Positions 51,555 to 59,500 of a stretch of DNA of 64,000 bases are shown in pieces. The position numbers and the translations under genes were made by a program. The notes under the pieces were generated by a model that made no database searches, was not told where the DNA came from, and was given only the letters and a program-made list of their open reading frames with translations. Each line of letters begins with the position of its first letter. Positions within the stretch are counted from its first letter, which is position 1. Source of the DNA: an uncultured bacterium (GTDB taxonomy: Bacteria > Verrucomicrobiota > Kiritimatiellia > RFP12 > UBA1067); the NCBI GenBank assembly GCA_900547945.1, contig URIT01000002.1, forward strand, positions 28,503 through 92,502, read 5' to 3'.

Positions 51555-51589
51555 CCGCGTAAGAATCCGCTGCGGTGGACGAGTTGGTA
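51555..51589 (+). promoter_or_regulatory. Conserved 35-nt motif, copy B (CCGCGTAAGAATCCGCTGCGGTGGACGAGTTGGTA); candidate ECF-type promoter
   Basis: Gapless match to 44543-44577. Ends 86 nt upstream of the CD225-family gene start. Confidence 0.4.
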
Positions 51590-51675
51590 GTGACGTGTAA
51601 TTGCGCCCAGAGACGGCTGTCTTCTCCGTCTTTTGGCGTGAAACAATACGAGAGGACAAAACAGAAAGGGAAGAA

Positions 51676-51936
51676 ATGAGTACAAATGAAATCAAAAGCC
51701 ACCTTGCGTGGGCGATTGTGTCAATTCTAATGTTTTGGCCGACAGGGATTCCTGCAATCATACATGCGCTGAAAGTCAACAAGGCATTGACTTCCGGTGA
51801 CAGTACAGAGGCAATGAACGAATCCCTGAAAGCGAGGAAGTGGTGTAAGATCACGTTAATCACGTGGTGTACACTAATTCTGCTCGGCATATGTCTCGGT
51901 ATTCTGGGTGCTTGTCTCGTCAGCCGCGCTTTTTGA
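51676..51936 (+). CDS. CD225/dispanin-family small membrane protein
   Basis: MSTNEIKSHLAWAIVSILMFWPTGIPAIIHALKVNKALTSGDSTEAMNESLKARKWCKITLITW... has the two-helix CD225 pattern (intramembrane helix, amphipathic link, TM helix). Confidence 0.75.
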   Translation: MSTNEIKSHLAWAIVSILMFWPTGIPAIIHALKVNKALTSGDSTEAMNESLKARKWCKITLITWCTLILLGICLGILGACLVSRAF

Positions 51937-52027
51937 TTGCGAAAATAACTCCCCTTAGGTTAACCGTCACACAGACGGTTAACCCATTAAGTCCAATAAA
52001 CACCCTTGAGAAAGGAATTTCAACAGA

Positions 52028-52444
52028 ATGAAGATTTCAGTCATCTTGTCGGTAATTGCGGTTGCCGCGACTCTGTTTTCCGGCTGCGGCAACGACACAA
52101 CCGCCAACAAGACCAAGACCAACGACACAACTGCCAGCGCACCCAAATCCGCAGACGAGTTGTTCGATGCCAAATACCTGCAGAACGTAAGAACTGTTAC
52201 AAAAGTCCCGTCGCTTGAAATGGAAATTTATCGGAAATCGGCGAGGAAAGTACTTGCGCAACTGGAATCCGGCGGCGCGGTAGAGGCCGCAAAGGCACAA
52301 GGGATCTCGCAGGATGACTACAAGAAAATGGCGGTTGAAGGTCTCATCAAGGACTTGCAAGGAAACATGCGTAAGATGGTACGCGAGGTGTCTGGTGAGA
52401 CACAGCAAAAGGTTGCAATGCAGCAAATGATCATGTGGTTGTAA
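52028..52444 (+). CDS. Hypothetical lipoprotein (138 aa)
   Basis: Lipobox LFSGC. No family recognised. Confidence 0.6.
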   Translation: MKISVILSVIAVAATLFSGCGNDTTANKTKTNDTTASAPKSADELFDAKYLQNVRTVTKVPSLEMEIYRKSARKVLAQLESGGAVEAAKAQGISQDDYKKMAVEGLIKDLQGNMRKMVREVSGETQQKVAMQQMIMWL

Positions 52445-52596
52445 TCGACACATACTTGCGTAGTCGAATCGAACATCATGTGTCTGCGATACAGACGCAT
52501 GATGTTCGATTCGATCCCGGTTTTTCGCTGACCGACGAGGTCGGACAGATGTTGCATAATATGGGAAATAATGTAATACGAAGGATGGATGATAAA

Positions 52597-53184
52597 ATGG
52601 GAAAACGAACGTGGATATTGCGCGTTACGGCCTCCGCAGGGGTGTGCCTTCTGCTTCTTGCCGGTTGCACAACACCAAACAGGGACTCCGGCACGGAGGA
52701 TCGCGACCGCTACATCGACTTCTGCCGCGAGCTGGCGACGTCGCCTGTGCCGGAACGGGAAGACCCCGACGACTTCATGTCGAAGCCGGACTGGATGGTG
52801 CATCCGTGTTCGACGACCGACCAAGAGTTCAAGAAGGAATACAACGTGGTGTATGCCGACCGGCAGTACCTCAGCTTCCGTTGTTCGGAATACGCCTATA
52901 CGGGCGGGGCACACGGCAATACGCAGATCACGGTCGGGACAATCGACCGCAAGACGGGCAAGATCCTGACGCTTGCCGATGTTCCGGCATTTGCGGATCG
53001 TCATGCGCTGAAGAGGCGGCTACAGGATGACGTTGTCATGAAAATCGGCAAGGACGCCTTGCAGGGTGATGTCGGACCGCACGACAACTTCTACCTGTCC
53101 AAGGACGGCTGGCATTTCGTCTTCAACGCATACGAAGTCGCCTGCTACGCCGTCGGCGACGTTGAGGTGGTCATTCCGAAGTAA
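52597..53184 (+). CDS. DUF3298 (RsiV-ectodomain-like) lipoprotein
   Basis: Lipobox LLAGC. SFRCSEYAYTGGAHGNTQITVGTIDRKTGK and ...FYLSKDGWHFVFNAYEVACYAVG match the DUF3298 signature. Start at MGKRTW (52597); 52585 is also possible. Confidence 0.8.
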   Translation: MGKRTWILRVTASAGVCLLLLAGCTTPNRDSGTEDRDRYIDFCRELATSPVPEREDPDDFMSKPDWMVHPCSTTDQEFKKEYNVVYADRQYLSFRCSEYAYTGGAHGNTQITVGTIDRKTGKILTLADVPAFADRHALKRRLQDDVVMKIGKDALQGDVGPHDNFYLSKDGWHFVFNAYEVACYAVGDVEVVIPK

Positions 53185-53254
53185 AGCGAAACTGGAGGCA
53201 CGCAACCGTCCGTGCCCCGTTCCGCTTTCAACATCAATCACAAGCAACATAGAT

Positions 53255-53490
53255 GATTTATTACGTGCTGAAATCTCAGGCAGAGGGGAGGAGGGAACTC
53301 GGCACAGGGCGTCCGAACGGGCCCGGCACGGGACGTCCGAGCGGGGGAGCGTTCCGCGTCCTTCGCCGTGCCACCCCACAGCGTCCCGTGCCGAGCCGTG
53401 TCGCCGAGCCACATCGCCGCGCACGCATCCCCGCACCCCGCCACGAGGCGCCGAGCCGCCGCAAGATGAGATTTCACCGCGTAATGAATC
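53255..53490. mobile_element. MITE-like element: 24-bp imperfect terminal inverted repeats enclosing host-type G+C-rich REP sequence
   Basis: GATTTATTACGTGCTGAAATCTCA (53255-53278) versus TGAGATTTCACCGCGTAATGAATC (53467-53490): 21 of 24 positions complementary. One arm recurs at 29477-29500. The interior shares CGTCCGAACGGGCC and CCCCACAGCG with 14317-14340. Confidence 0.5.
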
Positions 53491-54331
53491 TGGGAACCCG
53501 TCGCGCCGCGCGGCGCGACGGGTTCGATACGTGCGGCCTTCTCCGGGTCTGTCTCGGCGGCCCGGGCGCGGCGAGAAGCGGACACGTTCCCGGTTCTTGC
53601 CCATCGTTTGCCTGTCAAGACCTACATCCCCTTGCGAAGCGCGGGCGGCGGGCGCCCCCTTTTTTTCGAAAAATAGGGATAAGGATGTCATTTCGCGCGA
53701 CGTCCATGTTAGCATACTAGACGCCTTTCTCTTCCCTTCCGCGCATTTATCCTAACTGTCGCAGTTAGGATAATAGATTCGATCGGGAATGACGTTTTAC
53801 GCACGTCATAAAATTCGGCCTTGCACACGGCTCTCTGCGATAAAGTCCTACAACATACGTTTTCCGGGGCGTCGGATTTCACGAAACCCCTGTAAAACAA
53901 GGGCGAAGCGTATCTTGTAGGTGCTACAACATACTTGAGAGAGGATTTCGGGTGTCGCGGAGAATCGAGGAGAGATTTTGTATCTCTCCCGCCGAAGATG
54001 GATGCGGTGGAGAACCACGGATAAGCGAAAAGAAAACCAAACCTTCGTATTACACGGTAATAAGGAGAGAAGAGTCTCTTAGTACCGTCTGGAAATGGTC
54101 GGAGCGGCGACATCTGAACCGTAGAGATTCTGCTACGCTTGAATGTCCTTGCGATACCGCCCATAAACCGAATAGAAGTGAATTATATCATATCGTGCTT
54201 GCCGGGTCAAAACGCACTTGAGACGCAACACTCGGCTGGGTGCACCGAGAGATTTATGCTGACACCCCACATTTCCCGCTTGATTTTCGCATACGCATAT
54301 ACGAGGGAAGAACCACTCGTTCTCCATTCCC

Positions 54332-55023
54332 GTGGACAAGGTCTCCGAGTTCAGGGCCGCCGTCGCCGCGAAGGACTGCGAGTCCGGGGAATCCGAGCGC
54401 AACGCCGGGAACCATCCGAAGCGCATCGTGACGCTCTTCGGGGAGCTCCCGCCCATCAGGCGCACCTACTGGTACGACGCGGACGAACGCAGGGGGCACT
54501 ACCCCTTCGACGACAGGCTCGGGCTCGTCGGAAGGTACACGCCAGCCGCCTGCGCCGACATGATCCGCAGCGCGGTCGACCGCCCCTTCGCCGACGCCGC
54601 GAGGGACTTCTCAGCGAAGCACGCGTTCCGCGTCTCCGCCGACACCGTGCGGGAGATCGTCGGGCTGCACTACGATGCCATCCGCGACTTCCCGAAGGAC
54701 GAAAGCCACGCGAAGGAGGATGCCGGGGGAGCGGCCCCGCTCGTCTGCGTCATGGCCAACGGAACGGGCATCCCGCTGCGGAAGGAATGCCTCAAGGGCG
54801 CCAAGGGCAAGGACGGGCGCGCGAAGACGCGCGAGGTCAAGGCCGCCGCGATCTTCAGGGCGTCGACGACGTCGGACAGCGCTTCAAGCAGTCCGGCAAG
54901 ATCTGGTCGCTGAAAGGAGCGAAGGCGCTGCTGCCGCTGCGCACCCTCCACAAGTCGAACCGCCTCGAGGAGTTCTTCGCCTACCTCGTCAGAGACCTAA
55001 GGCATGTCGACTGCGCGGCATGA
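54332..55023 (+). pseudogene. ISKra4-like transposase remnant (5'-truncated, large internal deletion with frame change)
   Basis: ...RIVTLFGELPPIRRTYWYDADERRGHYPFDDRLGL...VCVMANGTGIPLRKECLKGAKGKDGRAKTREVKAAAIF in one frame, then RFKQSGKIWSLKGAKALLPLRTLHKSNRLEEFF in another. The junction is near 54856-54875. Confidence 0.6.
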
Positions 55024-55377
55024 GCCTTGCGTTCTCTGCGGCTAAACCCTCTGACTCTGCATAAATATCTCGTTGCACTCGCTGTTCGATTCTAAGCGTG
55101 TGGCTCAAAATGAAGCGTGAGCGGGACGGATGCGAAAGCGTGGCCTACGATGAATGGGACGCGCCATGCGCGGGACCGTTGTGGAAGTCTGCACGAGGAG
55201 GAAAGTAATAAAGAAACATTGCCCGCCAACCTTGATGCATCGCCAAGAATTATGAGATAATATGCCTCAAAGATTCGCGTATCGACCCGACCAAGGGCGG
55301 ATATTGGGAGGTAGGCGAATGACAGGCGATGAGAAAAGCACGAGGGCAAGAGGTTTGGTATAGTACATCCCACCAGA

Positions 55378-56514
55378 ATGAACGATAAAACGACAGATTG
55401 CTCGCAACTTGAGCGCGGTGTCATAGACCCTGATTTCACACGGGATATCCTTGAATCGGAGATCCCGAGGGATGTTTTGCAGGTTTTGCTTGCGGATCGG
55501 ACGACCGGCAAGAACATCATGTGGATGACCGACGGATACGCACATCTGAAATCCGTGTTCGATGTCAAGATGGGAATCCATGACGAAATCAATGCAGATG
55601 TGATTTCCCGTCCAGGAAACAAGATTGTCCGTCCTCGTGTTGACAAGAGCAAAGAAGAACAACGCAAACGTGTCGTTGGCAAGGCGGAGGTGTTCACGCC
55701 GTCATGGATCTGCAATGCCATGAACAACCTCATGGATGCCGCATGGTTCGAGCGAAAGAAATCCCCGTTCACGATTGAGGGCAACAAGTCGTGGCGGGCA
55801 ACAAAGAAGCTCGTGACATTCCCCAAGAAGCTCAAGAAAACCTGGCTTGATTTCGTCACCGAAGTGCGCCTTGAGATCACATGTGGCGAGGCTCCGTTTC
55901 TTGCAAGTCGATACGATACCACAACAGGCGAGGTGATTCCGATTCCCGAACGCATCGGCATACTTGACCGCAAGCTGCGCATTGTGACGGAGAACGCAGG
56001 CGCGCAACCTGACGAATGGCTGAAATATGCAAAAATGGCCCTCAAGGCCATTCTGGGCTTTGAGTGGCAGGGCGACAACCTGCTCATCGCACGCGAGAAT
56101 GTTCTTTGGACCATATTGGAGTATTACAAGTATTATTGTTCGCCAACGCCAATAAGCCACGATGACCTTCTGGAGCTTGCAAACATCGTGAGTTGGAACA
56201 TCTGGCAGATGGACGGGTTGAAGTTCGTTGTCCCGCTAAGTTGCCATGATGAACCCATCGTCCCCAAGACGCCTAAAGCCGTGCAGCCGGATTTGTTTGC
56301 CACCGAAGAAAAAGGATTGTCGGAACAAACGCTACCGTTGACGAAGCCCTGTCCTGGCTGCGCGAAGAAACACATCCTTGACGGCGCGGAATTTCACAAC
56401 GGCACCTATTGCAAGATCATGGATTGGGGAACCGGCGAGCCGCATGAATTCGTCTGGCATTATCTGCATCGGGATCGGGAATGCGTGGAAAAGGAAAGAA
56501 GGAAACCGCAATGA
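55378..56514 (+). CDS. N6-adenine-methyltransferase-fold protein lacking the (D/N)PP(Y/F/W) catalytic motif; C-terminal CxxC region
   Basis: Motif-X-like GKAEVFTPSWICNAMNNLMD, motif-I-like RLEITCGEAPFL, motif-III-like ALKAILGFEWQGDNLLIAREN, but SWNIWQ where NPPY is expected. ATGA overlap with the next gene. Confidence 0.6.
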   Translation: MNDKTTDCSQLERGVIDPDFTRDILESEIPRDVLQVLLADRTTGKNIMWMTDGYAHLKSVFDVKMGIHDEINADVISRPGNKIVRPRVDKSKEEQRKRVVGKAEVFTPSWICNAMNNLMDAAWFERKKSPFTIEGNKSWRATKKLVTFPKKLKKTWLDFVTEVRLEITCGEAPFLASRYDTTTGEVIPIPERIGILDRKLRIVTENAGAQPDEWLKYAKMALKAILGFEWQGDNLLIARENVLWTILEYYKYYCSPTPISHDDLLELANIVSWNIWQMDGLKFVVPLSCHDEPIVPKTPKAVQPDLFATEEKGLSEQTLPLTKPCPGCAKKHILDGAEFHNGTYCKIMDWGTGEPHEFVWHYLHRDRECVEKERRKPQ

Positions 56515-59500
56515 CAGACACGGCCATTCTGGAAGAGTTGATCGTCGGCCGAGTCGAGCCGCGCATCTATGCCTTTACCACCAACACCGTGCCCAACTAC
56601 TTGAAGGTCGGCGACACCTACCGTCCCGTGGATGCCAGGTTGGACGAGTGGCGTGAGCATTTTCCTCATTTGAAGCGAGAGTTCGACGATTCCGCCAAGA
56701 TCGGCGATGTCTTCTTCAGGGATTATTCCGTTCATGTCTATTTGGAGGAAACCGCGAAGCGTCCGCGACTTGCCAAGGGGAGATTCCCTGATGTCTATTA
56801 TTCAAATGAGTTCTTTGAAGGAGCCACCAAGGGTGATGTCATGGCGGCAATTGGTGACATACGCCATGATTTCGAAACAAAGGGACAGCGGTATCAGTTC
56901 TACAGCGTGGCGGAAGGACTCCCCACAGGCGTGAAATTCCCTTCAACGGGCATGTGGACGCTGCGCCCCAACCAAGACGCCGCCGTAAGGAGATTTCAGG
57001 CGGCTATTGCGGCCGGCCGGAAAAACCTGCTCATGTACGCCGTCATGCGCTTCGGCAAGTCGTTTACGTCCATGTGCTGCGCCAAGACAATGAACGACGG
57101 CAACGGGGCGAACATCGTTCTTGTCTTGTCCGCGAAGGCAGATGTCTGCGGCGAATGGAAGAAGACCGTCGAGAGTGCCGAAAACTTCCGAAACGACTAT
57201 GAATTCCTTTCCGGTAAAGACCTCAAGGCAAACGACAGAATCGTTTCAGATTTGCGGCGCAAGGGAAAAAAGGTCGTCATATTCCTCACGCTTCAGGATT
57301 TGCAGACCACCACGATCAAGAAGAGGCACCGGGATCTGTTCAACAGGAAGATCGACCTCTTGATCGTAGATGAGACCCATTACGGCGCGCGTGCCGGCAA
57401 ATACGGAGAGATCCTTCGCAAGACGAAGGGCTACATGGCGGACAAGTCGTCCGGCAAGGATGGCGAGGACAGCAAGAACGCCGAAAACATGGACGCGGCC
57501 ATCAAGGCGTTCAAGGTGAACGTGACGCTTCACCTTTCGGGAACGCCTTACCGAATCCTGATGGGCAGTGAGTTTGACAAGAAGGACATCATCGCGTTCT
57601 GTCCGTTCACCGACATTGCCAACGAACAGAAAAAGTGGAACGACGAACACATACTTGACGATCAATACCGCGAATGGGACAATCCGTATTTCGGCTTCCC
57701 GGAGATGATCCGCTTTGCCTTCCATCCAAGCAGATCCGCCCGCATGCGGCTTGAGGCATTGCGCAAGGGCGGGGCGACATACGCGTTCTCGGCGTTCTTC
57801 GCGCCCGAAAGCATCGTGCCGCAAGCGGACGGCAGCCACAGGAGGTTCAAGTTCGAAAAGGAGATACGTGAACTCTTCCAGGTGATTGACGGCAGCAAGG
57901 AAGACGACGAGCTGCTGGGATTCCTTGACTACGACAAGGTCAAGAACGGCATGATGTGCCGTCACCTGGTCTGCGTGCTCCCCTATTGCGCCTCGTGCGA
58001 CGCGCTTGCCGCGCTGATTGCCCGCGAGAGCAAGAATGGAGCCTTCAAGAACCTTGCCGAGTATCAGATCATCAACATCGCCGGACACGACATGCCGCCC
58101 GAGTACGCGAATGTCGAGGAAGTCAAGAAGACGATTCGCGAATGCGAGCAGGAGAGCAAGAAGACCCTAACGCTCACCGTGAACCGCATGTTGACCGGCT
58201 CAACCGTCCCCGAATGGGACACGATGCTCTACTTCAAGGACACGTCTTCTCCGCAGGAATACGATCAGGCGATTTTCCGTCTGCAGAACCAGTTTGTGAC
58301 GGAGATGAAAACGGCCCTTCCCAACGGTCGCGAAGACGTGATCAAGTTCAACAAGAAACCCCAGACGATTCTTGTGGATTTCGACCCGGCGCGTCTGTTT
58401 GAGATGCAGGAGGAGAAGTCCAAGATATACAATGCCAACGAGAACAAGGCCGGCAACACGAAACTGAAAGCGCGCATTTCCGCCGAACTGGCCGTTTCGC
58501 CTATCGTGTGCGTCACCGCCGGGAAGATTCGCCGCGTCGATGCTGAGGACGTAATGAAGGCCGTTTCGGACTATTCGCGCAATCGCGGTGTTACGGACGA
58601 AGCGGCGAAAATGCCAGTCGATGTTGCGGCGGCGGCGAAATCCAAGGAATTGCTTGCGGCCATCATGAAGGAGAGCCCTCTTGGCAGCAAGGACGGCCTT
58701 ACACTCGATCCGCACAAGGGTGAGGGCGAAGACTTGGAGGATATGGCTGCAACCATAAAGAAGGCAGCGAACGGTGCGGCGCCAACTGGAAACGCCACGC
58801 CGACAACTTCAGACGAGAAGAAGGCGTTGGCAGAATTCGAGGACAAGTTCCGGGCGTATTATGCACGACTGCTCTTCTTCGCATTTCTCACGAAAAGCAA
58901 GGTCTGTTCGGTCGAGGACATCATTGCCTGCATGGACGAAGGCGACAATGCTCGGATAGCAACGAATCTTGAGATCACAAAGCCTGCTCTCAAGGCCATC
59001 CAGAAACATTTCAACAAGTTCATCCTCTCCGAATGGGACTACAAGATCGACAACCTGAACACGCTCTCGCGTGACGAATCGCTCGCGCCGCTGGAGCGCG
59101 CGCAGACGGCCATTCGCAAGTTCGACCGCCTTGGCGTTTCCGAGATCATGACGCCGGAGAAGATCGCGGACGACATGGTCGCGCTCTTCCCTGCCGCCGA
59201 ACTGAAGCGCATCGCGCAAAGCGGCGAGAAGATTCTCGACATCGCCAGCAAGGCGGGAGAATTCGCGATTGCGCTCTACAAGCGCTACAAGAAGATCGAC
59301 CCGAATATCGACGTCAGCAATCTGATCCTTTCAATCTCGACGTCGTCCCATGCCTACGAATTCACGCGCAACGTGTACGCGGCGCTTGGCCTGAACCTTG
59401 ACAACATCGCCGAGAAATTCACCTCCTATGATTTGTTGAAGGTCAAGACCGCAGACGGTGAGATCGACTACGAACGAATCAAACTCCTTCTCACCCAGAA

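Noticed and set aside
50671-51702. 343-aa minus-strand ORF opposite the YD-repeat gene
   Set aside because: It is a shadow frame kept open by the 63-nt periodic repeat. The plus strand gives a signal peptide and a regular repeat motif.
53020-53755. ORFs of 229-231 aa on both strands across 53.0-53.8 kb
   Set aside because: They read through the MITE/REP-like element and hairpins, with Arg/Pro/Ala-rich products. They are the same kind of pseudo-ORF seen at other repeat loci.
53690-54331. Retron msr/msd or group II intron fragment
   Set aside because: There is no reverse-transcriptase ORF nearby. No recognisable domain V or 5' GUGYG boundary could be found. Only generic hairpins were seen.
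55092-56114. 340-aa minus-strand ORF antisense to the MTase-like gene
   Set aside because: The translation is Ser/Cys/Arg-rich with no motifs. The plus-strand ORF shows MTase-fold motifs and translational coupling to the next gene.
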